From: Spirochaetia bacterium
Lineage (GTDB): Bacteria > Spirochaetota > Spirochaetia > SZUA-6 > Bin103
Direction of reading: 5' to 3'
Assembly: GCA_965199955.1 (NCBI GenBank)
Contig: CBDATQ010000003.1
Span: 64,001-128,000, forward strand
Length of the DNA: 64,000 nucleotides
Position numbers and translations under genes: made by a program. Positions 1 through 9,670 of this stretch are shown here, piece by piece; position 1 is the stretch's first letter; each line of letters opens with the position of its first letter. Below the pieces are notes generated by a model that saw nothing but the letters and a program-made list of their open reading frames with translations, searched no databases and was not told the DNA's origin.

Positions 1-299
1 AAGGCCAGGGTCGGGATCGGCGGAACCTGGATCGTCACGAAGGGGTCGAAGGCGCCGCACTCGTCCAGCATCCGCTGCTTGCGGGTCTCCCGCTCGCGCG
101 CGCAGCTGCGGGTCTGGCGCACGCGGCTGCCATCGATGATCCAGTTGGGAGCGTCCCAGCTGGACAGCAGAGACTCCTCGCGTACCGGCGCGCGTGAGAA
201 CGTGTCGTCTTCCAGGCGCACGGCCAGCTCCTCGGTGCGCATCCGGTCGAAGCGCAGATCGAAGTCGAAGCGCTCGGTTGCCAGTTCTGCGAAGTTCAT
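1..299 (-). CDS. Hypothetical protein, 5' part only (runs off the window edge)
   Basis: ATG at 299-297 overlaps the vapC stop (ATGA). The frame MNFAELATERFDFDLRFDRMRTEELAVRLEDD... stays open to position 1. No family recognised. Confidence 0.6.
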   Translation of the reverse strand, partial: MNFAELATERFDFDLRFDRMRTEELAVRLEDDTFSRAPVREESLLSSWDAPNWIIDGSRVRQTRSCARERETRKQRMLDECGAFDPFVTIQVPPIPTLA

Positions 300-766
300 G
301 AGTCGTCCTCCCGTCCCGTGGTCAGTGTTTGACCCTCGATATCCTCAATGGGGTTCCATACGCGCGCGAAGCCGAACCCGGTGAAGTCATGGACGTTCGC
401 CGTTGCAAGTTCGGTCACGCCATGGTGACGCAGCGTCAGCGCCAGCCGCGCGTCGATGATCCGGCGCCGCGCGAATTCGGCTGCCCCTGCCCGTTGCCAG
501 ACCTCCGTCATGACGGGAGCATGCTCGACCAGTCGCCACCGCGGGTTGTTGCGGTAAGCCGCGCAGACCTCGACCGCGTCCTCCGCCCCGAGGGGGCGGG
601 AGACGATCGCGGCGCTCCTGAGCACCAGGTACAGTTCGACCAGCACCAGCTCGCAGATGACGATCTCGCGATCCCGGCAGGTGGACAGAAATCCGCGTGC
701 CCGCGGGTGCTCTTCGCAATCCGCGTTCTGCGCGTACACCAGCAGGTTGGTGTCGATCGAGAGCAC
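296..766 (-). CDS. vapC: PIN-domain toxin (VapC family ribonuclease)
   Basis: N-terminal IDTNLLVYA, acidic residues in ELVLVELY, IIDARLA and TANVHDF motifs; directly downstream of a small antitoxin. Confidence 0.9.
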   Translation of the reverse strand: MLSIDTNLLVYAQNADCEEHPRARGFLSTCRDREIVICELVLVELYLVLRSAAIVSRPLGAEDAVEVCAAYRNNPRWRLVEHAPVMTEVWQRAGAAEFARRRIIDARLALTLRHHGVTELATANVHDFTGFGFARVWNPIEDIEGQTLTTGREDDS

Positions 767-770
767 CCGA

Positions 771-1013
771 TCAACGCTCCGATGCCGGCTCGTTCACCAG
801 CAGCCGCCAGTCCTCGGGGGACGCCTTGAATGCGCCGAGCCTGCTGGGCGGAGGAGGAGCCCAGCTCCGTTGGCTGCCGATAGCCGGATAGGCTCGCGTG
901 ATGTACTCCACGCCGCGCCGTACCACCTCCGCCAGCGACATCTCGCGTTCACGGGCGACCCGCTTGGCCTCCTCGTAGAGCGCATCGGGAAGCTGAATCT
1001 GGGTGCGTACCAT
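771..1013 (-). CDS. vapB: Ribbon-helix-helix (CopG-like) antitoxin
   Basis: 80 aa, [38 protein letters not shown] pattern; 4 bp upstream of the PIN gene. Confidence 0.85.
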   Translation of the reverse strand: MVRTQIQLPDALYEEAKRVAREREMSLAEVVRRGVEYITRAYPAIGSQRSWAPPPPSRLGAFKASPEDWRLLVNEPASER

Positions 1014-1048
1014 GCCGCCAAAATAACATGCTTAAATTATGATGTCAA
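1014..1048 (-). promoter_or_regulatory. Sigma70-type promoter of vapBC, probably leaderless
   Basis: Minus strand reads TTGACA-17 nt-TATTTT (preceded by TGn), then 6 nt to the ATG, with no Shine-Dalgarno (SD). AT-rich island in GC-rich DNA. Confidence 0.7.
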
Positions 1049-1106
1049 TCGTACGCTCGATCGTCGATGCCTACACGCACGCGCGTTCGTGCGATCCTGG
1101 CCGGAC

Positions 1107-1303
1107 GTGAAGCCGGCAGTGTTCGCCTCGGGCCGGGGCAGCAATCTGAAGGTCCTCATCGCGCGGGTCGCCGCCGGCCGGCTGCCGGCGCGGATCGTCC
1201 TGGTGCTGAGCAACAACAGCGGCAGCGGCGCGCGGCCGCCGTCGAGCACGACCTGTACTGGCGCGTGATCGCCGATCTGATCGCCGGCGGAGCCGGCGCG
1301 TGA
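1107..1303 (+). pseudogene. purN: Phosphoribosylglycinamide formyltransferase remnant with large internal deletion
   Basis: VKPAVFASGRGSNLKVLI...IVLVLSNNSGSGA (PurN N-terminus) is joined out of frame to AAVEHDLYWRVIADLI (PurN C-terminal EH-x-LY helix). The catalytic core is absent. Confidence 0.8.
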
Positions 1304-2376
1304 AGGGGCGCGGGGCGGCCGTCAACCCGCCGAACCGATTCGAACGGATCGAGTACGTCGCCGATCCGGAGGCACCGCCCGGGCGGCCGGAGACCGAGCT
1401 GTTGCGCGACCGCTCCCGCTCCATCATCGCCACCAACCTGAGCCCGGACATCGGCTTCGACGCCTCCATCAACCCCTACCGCGGCTGCGCGCACGGATGC
1501 GCGTACTGCTACGCCCGGCCCACGCACGAGTACCTGGGCTTCTCCGCCGGGATCGACTTCGAGACCCGCATCGTGGTCAAGGAGGACGCGCCCGAGCTGC
1601 TGGCCGCGGAGCTCGCCCGTCCGCGCTGGCGCCCGCAGCCGCTGGCGCTCTCCGGGGTGACCGATCCGTACCAGCCGGTCGAGCGCCAACTCCGCATCAC
1701 CCGCCGCTGCCTGGAGGTGCTGGCCGAGTTCCGCAACCCCGTGATCGTGGTCACCAAGAACCGTCTGGTGGCCCGCGACGCCGACCTGCTGGCCGACCTT
1801 GCCGCCGGCGGCGCTGCCGCGGTGTTCCTGTCGATCCCGACGATCGACGCCTCCCTGAGCAATGCCCTGGAACCGCGCACCAGCACCCCCGCCCGGCGGC
1901 TGCAGGCGATGGAGAGCCTGGCGGCGGCCGGCGTGCCGGTGGGAGTCCTGACGGCGCCCGTGATCCCGGGCCTCACCGATCACGAGATACCGGCAATCCT
2001 GGACGCCGCGGGAGCCGCAGGCGCGTCGTTCGCCGGCTACGTCATGCTGCGGCTGCCGCTGGCGGTAGCGCCGCTGTTCGAGGACTGGCTCGAACGGCAC
2101 CGGCCCGACCGGAAAGGCAAGGTATTGTCACGCATCCGCCAGGTCCGCGGCGGCAAGCACGCGGACGGCCGGCTCAACGATGCCGGTTTCGGCTCACGGA
2201 TGCGGGGCTCGGGGCCGTTCGCGGACCTGGTGGCGACCATGTTCGCCCGGTCGTGCGCGCGCGCCGGCGTCGCCGACCGCGCCCCCGAGCTCGACACCGG
2301 CTCGTTCCGCGTCCCGGACCGCTACCGGGCGGGCGCGGACCAGCTCACGTTGTGGCCCGGACCGCCGCCTCGATGA
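1300..2376 (+). CDS. Radical SAM protein, PA0069/Rv2578c (SPL-like) family
   Basis: KGRGA..NP.NRFE start, NPYRGCAHGCAYCYARPTHEY CxxxCxxC motif, GVTDPYQPVE, C-terminal QLTLW. Confidence 0.9.
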   Translation: MKGRGAAVNPPNRFERIEYVADPEAPPGRPETELLRDRSRSIIATNLSPDIGFDASINPYRGCAHGCAYCYARPTHEYLGFSAGIDFETRIVVKEDAPELLAAELARPRWRPQPLALSGVTDPYQPVERQLRITRRCLEVLAEFRNPVIVVTKNRLVARDADLLADLAAGGAAAVFLSIPTIDASLSNALEPRTSTPARRLQAMESLAAAGVPVGVLTAPVIPGLTDHEIPAILDAAGAAGASFAGYVMLRLPLAVAPLFEDWLERHRPDRKGKVLSRIRQVRGGKHADGRLNDAGFGSRMRGSGPFADLVATMFARSCARAGVADRAPELDTGSFRVPDRYRAGADQLTLWPGPPPR

Positions 2377-4219
2377 GCTCGTCCGGGATGTCGTCGAACG
2401 ACGAGTAGTTCATGGAGTACAGCCGCGCGTACAGGCCGTTCAGGGCCATCAGCTCGGCATGCGTGCCGCGCTCCACGATGCGGCCCTCCTGCAGGACCAG
2501 GATGCGGTCGGCGCCGCGAATGGTGGCCAGCCGGTGCGCGATCACCAGGCCGGTCCGTCCTTCGAGGAGCCTGGTGAGCGCCTTCTGGATCAGCATCTCC
2601 GTGTAGCTGTCGATGTTGGCGGTCGCCTCGTCCAGCACCAGGACCTTGGTGTCGGCCATCACGGCGCGCGCGAAGCTGATGAGCTGGCGCTGGCCGAGCG
2701 ACAGGTTGCCGCCGCGCTGCTCGATCTCGGTCTGGTAGCCGTCCGGCAGGCGCATGATGAACCCGTGCGCGCCGACCGTGCGGGCCGCCTGCTCGACCGC
2801 CTCAAGCGTCACGTGCGGCTTGTGGTAGCGGATGTTCTCCTCGATCGTGCCCGAGAACAGGAACGGCTCCTGCAACACCATGCCGATGTGGCGGCCGAGC
2901 GAGTCCTGAGACACGTCGCGCACGTCGTGGCCGCCCACCAGCACCTTCCCGTCCCACACCTCGTAGAAGCGGTGCGCCAGCGCCGTGATGCTGGTCTTGC
3001 CCGATCCGGTCGGTCCGACCAGGGCCACGGTCTCTCCGGGACGGGCGGTAAAGGTGATGTCGCGCAGGACCGGCTGATCCGGGACGTAGCCGAAGGTGAC
3101 GCCGCGGAACTCGACCGAGCCGTCGCAGTCGTCGAGATCGATCGCACCGGGCCGGTCCTTGATTTCGACCGGCACGTCCATCACCTCGAAGATCCGCTGC
3201 CCGGCCGCCATGGCCCGCTGCATGATGCTGAGCTGCATCGTCACCGAGCGGATCGGCTGGAAGAACCGCTGAATGTAGATCAGGAAAGCGATCAGCACGC
3301 CCAGGTCGAGGCTCCGGTCGAGCACCATCGACCCGCCCACGACCACGACGATCCCGGTCGCCATGCCGGTGAGCGTGTCGACGATCGGGATGATCATCTG
3401 CGCGATCATCACCGCGCGCGACTGCGCGACCAGGTTCTCGTGCGCCTTGTCGTGGTACAGATCCAGGTTGACCGGCTCCCGGCCCGCCTCCTGCACGGTG
3501 CGCACGCCGTTGATCGCCTCGGCCATGGCGCCGTTGGCGATGGACGACGCCTCCCGCGCGCGCAGGAAGGTGCGCCGGGCGTGCGGCAGCCAGACCATGC
3601 GGACGATGATCAGCGTCGGCACCACCGCCAGGGCCAGCAGCCCGAGCATCCAGTCCATGGCCACCAGCACCGTCATGATGCCGACGAGCAGCACCATGTC
3701 GCCGACCGCGAACACCGACGACTCCAGGAACTCCTGCAGCGCGTACACGTCGCCCTGCAGGCGCGACATCAGCCGCCCGGTCTCGGTGCGGTCCATGAAG
3801 GACAGCGACACCCGCTGCAGGTGGCGGTACATGGCGCGGCGCAGGTCGAACAGTACGCGCTCGCCGGCGCGCGCCACCACGCCTTCCTGCAGCACGTTGG
3901 CGATAAAGTTGACGAGGATGATGCCGACGAAGACGGCGGCCGTGGCCCGCAGCAGCCTCAGGGCGGCATCACCGGCGCCCGCCACGTAATCGAACGTGTT
4001 GCTCACGATCAGCGGGATGGCGAGCTGCGTGGCGGTAAACACCAGCACCGCCGCCAGCCCGAACAGCAGCCGCCGCCGGTAGGGGACCACGAACGCCAGG
4101 AGCCGGCGCACGACCTTGCCGTCGAAGGTCGCGCCGAACATCACCTCCTCGCGGTTGGACTGCGCCCCCACCGACGCCAGGCGGGGCCGCTTTTCGACAG
4201 GCGCTGCCCTAGTGGCCAC
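2345..4219 (-). CDS. ABC exporter half-transporter (TMD + NBD)
   Basis: TM helices, Walker A GPTGSGKT, degenerate signature LSLGQ, Walker B LVLDE, IAHRL. Confidence 0.92.
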   Translation of the reverse strand: MATRAAPVEKRPRLASVGAQSNREEVMFGATFDGKVVRRLLAFVVPYRRRLLFGLAAVLVFTATQLAIPLIVSNTFDYVAGAGDAALRLLRATAAVFVGIILVNFIANVLQEGVVARAGERVLFDLRRAMYRHLQRVSLSFMDRTETGRLMSRLQGDVYALQEFLESSVFAVGDMVLLVGIMTVLVAMDWMLGLLALAVVPTLIIVRMVWLPHARRTFLRAREASSIANGAMAEAINGVRTVQEAGREPVNLDLYHDKAHENLVAQSRAVMIAQMIIPIVDTLTGMATGIVVVVGGSMVLDRSLDLGVLIAFLIYIQRFFQPIRSVTMQLSIMQRAMAAGQRIFEVMDVPVEIKDRPGAIDLDDCDGSVEFRGVTFGYVPDQPVLRDITFTARPGETVALVGPTGSGKTSITALAHRFYEVWDGKVLVGGHDVRDVSQDSLGRHIGMVLQEPFLFSGTIEENIRYHKPHVTLEAVEQAARTVGAHGFIMRLPDGYQTEIEQRGGNLSLGQRQLISFARAVMADTKVLVLDEATANIDSYTEMLIQKALTRLLEGRTGLVIAHRLATIRGADRILVLQEGRIVERGTHAELMALNGLYARLYSMNYSSFDDIPDELIEAAVRATT

Positions 4220-6098
4220 GCACCACCTCCCCGGCGCGCGCCGCGCTGCCGGCGATGCTGTCGGCGATCCGGTGCGACTCCGAGGGGTTCGCCTGGAGCT
4301 GGTACAGCGCGCGGTACCGTCCGCCCAGCTCCATCAGCTCGGCGTGGGTGCCGCGCTCGACGATGGACCCGGCGTCCACGAACAGGATCTCGTCGGCATG
4401 CATCAGCGAGCTCAGCCGGTGCGAGACGATGATCGTGGCGGTGCGCTCGGTCAGCTTGCGCAGCGCGGTGCGGATGCGCCGCTCGGTCCCGGCGTCGATC
4501 GCCGCCGTGGAGTCGTCGAAGGCGATGACCGCCGGCCTGACCATGATGCTGCGGGCGATCGAAAGCCGTTGCCGCTGCCCGCCGGACAGCGACACGCCGC
4601 GCTCGCCGACCAGCGTCCGGTACTCCTCGGGCAGTCCCAGCACCCAGTCGTGGAGCTGCGCGGACGAGCTGGCGTGGGTGATCTGCTCGCGCTGCACCCA
4701 AGGGTCGGCGTAGGCGACGTTGCTCTCCACACTGGCGGTGAACAGGAAGTTGTCCTGCTGGATCACCCCCACCGCCGAGCGCAGCGACTGCAGGGTCACC
4801 GAGCGGATATCCTGACCGTCGATGGTGATGCGGCCCGCGTCGATGTCGTAGTAGCGGGCGGTCAGCAGCGCGATGGTCGATTTTCCGGACCCCGGCGGCC
4901 CGACGATGCCGAGCGTGCGGCCGGGCCCCACCTCGAAACTGATGCCGTCCAGCACCGTGTCACCGCCGCCGCCATAGGAGAAGCTCACCGATTCGAAGCG
5001 CAACACCCCTTCGCGGATCTCCAGGTCGTGCGCGTCAGGCCGGTCCCTGATGTCCGGGTCCAGGTCCAGGATCTCGAACAGCCGCCCGCCGGACGTCGAT
5101 GCGCGCGACAGCGCGCTCACCACCATGCCGAGCTGACGGATCGGCATCTGCAGGATCAGCATGAACACCAGGAACTCGGTGACGTCGCCGACGGTGAGGT
5201 GCCCGGCCAGCACGCGGGTGCCGCCGACCCAGAGCATCAGCGCCATCGCCGAGTAGTAGGCCAGCGTCATCAGGCTCACGTCGCGCACGCGGATGTTGAT
5301 GGTGCGGTCCGTGTAGCGCTTGGCCTGCTCGGTAACCGTGTCGAACTTGCCCATCTCGTGCTCGCGCGCCGCAAACGCGCGGACGACGCGGATGCCGCCC
5401 AGGTTCTCCTCCATCACCTTGGTCAGCCGCGCCAGGCACTGCTGCAGGCGCAGCCACGCCACCCGCAGCCGCATGCGCGCCACCGTCGCCCGCCACGCGA
5501 CCACGGGCGCGAAGCTCATCGCCGCCAACGTGAGCAGCGGATCGGTGCTCAGCAGCAGCCAGGTGCCCCAGCCGAGCAGCACCAGCAGCCAGACCGCCTT
5601 GATCATCCCACGGTTGAAGGAGGTGGCGACCGACTCGACATCGAGCATGCCGCGGGTGATCAGCTCGCCGGTGTGCACGCGGTCGTGGAAGCCGTAGCTG
5701 AGACGCTGCACCTTGTCGTAGTAGTCCATCCGCAGCCGGTAGCCGACGCTCTGGCCGACGATCTCCGCCTGCTGGGTGTGCACCATCATCATCAGCCCGC
5801 GCACCACGCTGGCACCCAGAATCAGAGCGGCGAGCTGCAGGAGTTGCCGCTTGGCCGCCGACGGGTCGGTAGCGCCCGCCAGAATCACGTTCACGGTGTC
5901 CACCACATCGCCGACGTACTGCGGCAGCAGCAGTTGGAACACGGCCGCGGCGACGGTGGCGGTCACCGCGACCGTCAGCCGCACCGGATGGGCCAGCGCC
6001 ATGCGGAGCACGCGCAGCACCGGGCCGAACCCTGCCCAGGTCGTCGTGCGATCCGCCGGCCGGATCACCGATCCTGCGGTACTCACAAGATTGCCCAC
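4209..6098 (-). CDS. ABC exporter half-transporter (TMD + NBD), heterodimer partner
   Basis: Walker A GPPGSGKS, LSGGQ, degenerate Walker B IAFDD; overlaps the partner gene by 11 bp. Confidence 0.92.
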   Translation of the reverse strand: MGNLVSTAGSVIRPADRTTTWAGFGPVLRVLRMALAHPVRLTVAVTATVAAAVFQLLLPQYVGDVVDTVNVILAGATDPSAAKRQLLQLAALILGASVVRGLMMMVHTQQAEIVGQSVGYRLRMDYYDKVQRLSYGFHDRVHTGELITRGMLDVESVATSFNRGMIKAVWLLVLLGWGTWLLLSTDPLLTLAAMSFAPVVAWRATVARMRLRVAWLRLQQCLARLTKVMEENLGGIRVVRAFAAREHEMGKFDTVTEQAKRYTDRTINIRVRDVSLMTLAYYSAMALMLWVGGTRVLAGHLTVGDVTEFLVFMLILQMPIRQLGMVVSALSRASTSGGRLFEILDLDPDIRDRPDAHDLEIREGVLRFESVSFSYGGGGDTVLDGISFEVGPGRTLGIVGPPGSGKSTIALLTARYYDIDAGRITIDGQDIRSVTLQSLRSAVGVIQQDNFLFTASVESNVAYADPWVQREQITHASSSAQLHDWVLGLPEEYRTLVGERGVSLSGGQRQRLSIARSIMVRPAVIAFDDSTAAIDAGTERRIRTALRKLTERTATIIVSHRLSSLMHADEILFVDAGSIVERGTHAELMELGGRYRALYQLQANPSESHRIADSIAGSAARAGEVVRGH

Positions 6099-6314
6099 TC
6101 TCCGTAGCCGGGCCCGAGGAGCGTCAGCACGAAATCGTCCCGGTCAGGCGCTGCTACCTCCAACGGATCGCGTTCGCTGTTGCTGTGCAACTTGGCCTGG
6201 AGACCCGATTGCTCGCTCATGTTTCATCCGGGACGCACGCTCATAGTATGACGCTTGAGGTTGACGTCCAAGCTCGGTTGGGTCTTCAGGAGCCCCCGGC
6301 TTGGGCTCCTCCTC

Positions 6315-6998
6315 CTACCAGGTGTCGGCCATGCGCTGCAGCAGTGGCGCCACATCGATGTCGAACGCGCCCAGCGGCGCCCGTGTCGGGTCGCCGACCG
6401 ACAAGAACGGATTGTGCGCGACGACGCCGCTTTCGATCCAGCCGACCGCGACGTAGCTGTGCCACACCCCCTGCCGCACGATCGCGTCGAACAGGGCCGA
6501 CAGCCGGTCGCCGAAGTTGCACAGGTAGAAGGAGCAGATCAGCGGCCGGCCGGGGTACACCGAGCAGCGGCGGTCCTGCAGCCAGTGGCAGAAGCCGTCA
6601 TCGCCCTGTCTCGGCACGATCGGCTCCCCGGTGTTCCACTCGTAGAGCAGCGTCGCCTCCGCCGGTGAGGCATCGAACTGCCGCGCCAGGTCGGCGATGC
6701 GGGCAGCTCGCTCGCTCGCGTACGGAGGCTCCGGCAGCTCCAGATGGTCGCGCAGCAACCGTTCCCGGCTGAGTCCAAGCGCCCGCTCCAGCCGAGGCAG
6801 GTCGGCGCCCAGCACCGGCACGCGGTCGCGGCAGCAGAGCCCGCAGCCTGCGCAGCCGACGGTGGCCAGGCCGGGACGGAGCCGCATCCGCTCCAGGGCG
6901 GTGATCAGATCGCCGATCGTCGCCTGTTCGGCGTAGCCGGCAAGCTCGATCTCGTCCCGTTGCAGGACCAGTTGCAGCGAGCCGTTCGTCCCGTCCAT
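6315..6998 (-). CDS. YkgJ-family cysteine cluster (CxxCxxCC) protein
   Basis: CAGCGLCC and CHWL...CSVYPGRPLICSFY.C motifs. Confidence 0.85.
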   Translation of the reverse strand: MDGTNGSLQLVLQRDEIELAGYAEQATIGDLITALERMRLRPGLATVGCAGCGLCCRDRVPVLGADLPRLERALGLSRERLLRDHLELPEPPYASERAARIADLARQFDASPAEATLLYEWNTGEPIVPRQGDDGFCHWLQDRRCSVYPGRPLICSFYLCNFGDRLSALFDAIVRQGVWHSYVAVGWIESGVVAHNPFLSVGDPTRAPLGAFDIDVAPLLQRMADTW

Positions 6999-7053
6999 GG
7001 CGTCCCGTCCGCAACGGTAGTCGAGACACCCCCGCTCGGCCTACTCTCAACCG

Positions 7054-7623
7054 GTGACCGAATCGAGACCGATGTCCGCAACCGGAGCGATGTCTGCTCC
7101 CAGGCTCCAGGCGTTCTTCACGCACGTCGCGGCCCTGAAGCGGATGCCGCGCAGAGGATGGGTGCAACGGGGGGTCCCCGATCCCGAATCGGTGGCCGCG
7201 CACTCGTTCGGCGTGGCGGCGCTGGCCGCAGTGACCGCCTCCGCGACCGGCGCCGATCCGGCGCGGGCAGCCCTCATCGCCGTGATTCATGACCTGGCGG
7301 AGGCGCTCACCGGCGACGTCACCCCCGCCGACGGCGTGCCCGCCCACGAGAAGCAGCGGCAGGAAGAAGAGGCGGCGCGGCTGATCCTGGCGGACGTCGA
7401 CCCCGACGGGACGCTGATGGCCGCATGGCTGGACTACGCCGAGCGGCGCACGCTGGAAGGCCGGCTGATCAAGGACCTGGACAAGATCGACCTGGCGCTG
7501 CAGGCGGATGCCTACGCCCGCGAGGGGAACCCGGCCGCCGGCACACTGCGCGGCTCCGCCGAGCGCGCGATCCACACGGCGGCCATGCGCGCGCTGCTGC
7601 CGCCCGCGGAGCCGGCGCGATGA
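7054..7623 (+). CDS. HD-domain hydrolase (YfbR/HDDC2-like 5'-deoxynucleotidase)
   Basis: LKRMPRRGW, ESVAAHSF, IHDLAEALTGDVTP, KDLDKID motifs. The start may be ATG 7072 or 7090. Confidence 0.85.
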   Translation: MTESRPMSATGAMSAPRLQAFFTHVAALKRMPRRGWVQRGVPDPESVAAHSFGVAALAAVTASATGADPARAALIAVIHDLAEALTGDVTPADGVPAHEKQRQEEEAARLILADVDPDGTLMAAWLDYAERRTLEGRLIKDLDKIDLALQADAYAREGNPAAGTLRGSAERAIHTAAMRALLPPAEPAR

Positions 7624-8609
7624 GCCCGCCGCCCGCGATCCGCTGGGGGATCATCGGCTGCGGCGACGTCTGCGAGGTCAAGAGCGGACCGGGGTTCGCC
7701 AAGGCCAGCGGATCACGCCTGGTGGCCGTGATGCGGCGCAATGGCGATGCGGCGCGCGACTACGCCCGCCGCCACGGCGTCCCCCGCGCCTACGACGACG
7801 CCGCCGAGCTGATCGGCGACGTCGAGGTGGACGCGGTCTACGTCGCCACGCCGCCGTCGTCCCATCACGACTATGCGCTGCAGGCGTTGGCGGCCGGCAA
7901 GCCCGTGTACGTGGAGAAACCGATGGCCTGCTCCCACCGGGAGTGCCGGGCCATGAACGCCGCCGCCGATGCCGCGGGCCTGCCGCTGTTCGTGGCCTAC
8001 TACCGGCGCATGCTGCCGCGTTTCGTTGCGGTGCGCGACGCGTTGCTCGGCGGCAGCATCGGCACGCCACTGACGGTGACGGCGCAGTACGTCAGTCCGC
8101 CGGATCCCGCTCTCGGCTCCGGTCCGCTGCCGTGGAGGTACCGGCCGGAGATCGCCGGCGGGGGACTGTTCGCGGACATGGGCTCCCACGTGCTGGACCT
8201 GCTGGACCACCTGCTCGGCCCGATCGAGGAAGTCCGTGGCTTCGCCGTGAACCAGCTCGGCGCCTATGAGGCGGAGGATGCGGTGGCGTTCGCCTTGCGC
8301 TTCCGCGACGGCGTCGTCGGTACGGCGCGCTTCGCCTTCACCGCGCAGGACGAGGTCGACCTGGTCGAGATCGCCGGCAGCCGAGGCGTTCTGCGCTACT
8401 CGACCTTCGGGGACGTCCCGTTCGAGATCGCGACCGCCAGCGGCACCACCCGTACCGAGATCGCCCATCCCGAGCACGTACAGCAGCCGCTGATCCAGTC
8501 GATCGTGGACAAGCTGCGCGGCTCCGGGAGCTGCCCGAGCACCGGCATGAGCGCCGCGCGCACCGGCCGGATCATGGACCGGGTGCTGGAGGAATACAGG
8601 AGCGCCTGA
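7620..8609 (+). CDS. Gfo/Idh/MocA family oxidoreductase
   Basis: ATG overlaps the HD gene stop; IRWGIIGCG, VYVEKPM, GGGLFADMGSH. Confidence 0.9.
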   Translation: MSPPPAIRWGIIGCGDVCEVKSGPGFAKASGSRLVAVMRRNGDAARDYARRHGVPRAYDDAAELIGDVEVDAVYVATPPSSHHDYALQALAAGKPVYVEKPMACSHRECRAMNAAADAAGLPLFVAYYRRMLPRFVAVRDALLGGSIGTPLTVTAQYVSPPDPALGSGPLPWRYRPEIAGGGLFADMGSHVLDLLDHLLGPIEEVRGFAVNQLGAYEAEDAVAFALRFRDGVVGTARFAFTAQDEVDLVEIAGSRGVLRYSTFGDVPFEIATASGTTRTEIAHPEHVQQPLIQSIVDKLRGSGSCPSTGMSAARTGRIMDRVLEEYRSA

Positions 8610-8679
8610 CCGGCCGCGTGTCCTCCGGACACAACAAGCGGCGCCGCCATGAGCAGCGCCAGCGATCTGGCGCGCCGTC

Positions 8680-8755
8680 GACGTGCGCGCTAAGAGGGAC
8701 GTGCGCGCTAAGAGGTTTGACAAAACACGAGGTTTGACAAACCACCACAAAACAC
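8680..8755. repeat. Cluster of short tandem/direct repeats
   Basis: GACGTGCGCGCTAAGAGG twice (8680-8715); GAGGTTTGACAAA at 8712 and 8729; ACAAAACAC at 8720 and 8747. Confidence 0.85.
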
Positions 8756-8760
8756 CGGGG

Positions 8761-8802
8761 CGATGCTCAGGCCGGTCCCCTTTCCGGCCTTACGGAGCAT
8801 CG
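8761..8802. terminator. Hairpin between convergent genes, probable terminator
   Basis: CGATGCTC-AGGCCGG ... CCGGCCT-TACG-GAGCATCG interrupted inverted repeat. Confidence 0.5.
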
Positions 8803-8869
8803 TCTCCCGGTCTATACGATCAGCTCGGCTGTCCTATCTTCTCTGTCGCTTCGGACCTGTCGGCCCTTC

Positions 8870-9592
8870 TTACATCTCCTGGCTTTCGGGATGGTCGACC
8901 ATCCAGTTCCCGTCCGCGTCCTGCGACGCGACGAAGTGCCAGGCCCTGCCGTCTTCGTCCGTGACGTAGAAGGTTCCCCCGGTTGCCATGCCGTTCTCGT
9001 ACATGCCCTCGTAGCGGGAACCGGTGGCCCAGGTATAGGTGCCTTCGCCGTTCGGCATGCCGGCCATGAATCCGCCCTCGTACATATCACCGCTGGGCCA
9101 CTTCATCATGCCGGAGCCGTCGATGCTGCCGGCCATGAAGTTGCCTTCATAGCTGGTGCCGTCGGTCCACATCAGCATGCCCATGCCCTCGATCGTCTCG
9201 GTCACGAAGATGCCGCTGTAGGTCAGGCCGTCGGGCCAGGTCAGCGTGCCGGAGCCGTTGATGCGACCGGCGGCGAAGTTGCCTTCATACGACGCGCCGC
9301 TCGGCCAGGTCATCATGCCGACGCCGGCCATCTCGCCAGCCTGGAACGGGCCTTCGTACATGGCGCCCGAAGGCCACGTGAGCCGGCCTTCACCGTGCGG
9401 CAGACCGGAATCGAATGCACCTTCGTACATCGTTCCGTCGGCCCAGGTGTAGGTGCCCTGGCCGTGGACCTTGCCATCCTCGAACTCGCCTTCGTAGGTC
9501 GAGCCGTCGTCGTACGCGAAGCTGCCGGTCTTGGCCCAGGCAGCCGCCGCTCCGACGAGTGCGATAGTCAGAAGAGCTGCTAGAACTTTCAT
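8870..9592 (-). CDS. Secreted MORN-repeat protein
   Basis: Signal peptide MKVLAALLTIALVGAAAAWA followed by about 8 repeats of 23 aa (YEGxFxxGxxxGxGxxTWxxG). Confidence 0.9.
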   Translation of the reverse strand: MKVLAALLTIALVGAAAAWAKTGSFAYDDGSTYEGEFEDGKVHGQGTYTWADGTMYEGAFDSGLPHGEGRLTWPSGAMYEGPFQAGEMAGVGMMTWPSGASYEGNFAAGRINGSGTLTWPDGLTYSGIFVTETIEGMGMLMWTDGTSYEGNFMAGSIDGSGMMKWPSGDMYEGGFMAGMPNGEGTYTWATGSRYEGMYENGMATGGTFYVTDEDGRAWHFVASQDADGNWMVDHPESQEM

Positions 9593-9670
9593 GGAACAAC
9601 AATCGCAGATTCTGAAAGTTGTGGCAACCCGTCATGGTACGATTTGCACCGATCGACCAAGGAGGCCCCG

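Noticed and set aside
2345..2376. Convergent 3' overlaps (32 bp here, 52 bp at 15059-15110)
   Set aside because: Common in GC-rich genomes where stop codons are scarce; no sign of function.
2180..6107. Long plus-strand ORFs (750 and 663 aa), and similar ones such as 12489..15587, 35186..37510 and 59670..61910
   Set aside because: Antisense shadows of well-supported genes, expected at high GC; no recognisable motifs.
8680..8755. Possible CRISPR array
   Set aside because: Only two adjacent copies per repeat, no unique spacers and no cas genes.
9000..9520. MORN nucleotide repeats as a diversity-generating retroelement template/variable pair
   Set aside because: The similarity is explained by in-frame protein repeats, and no reverse transcriptase is present in the window.
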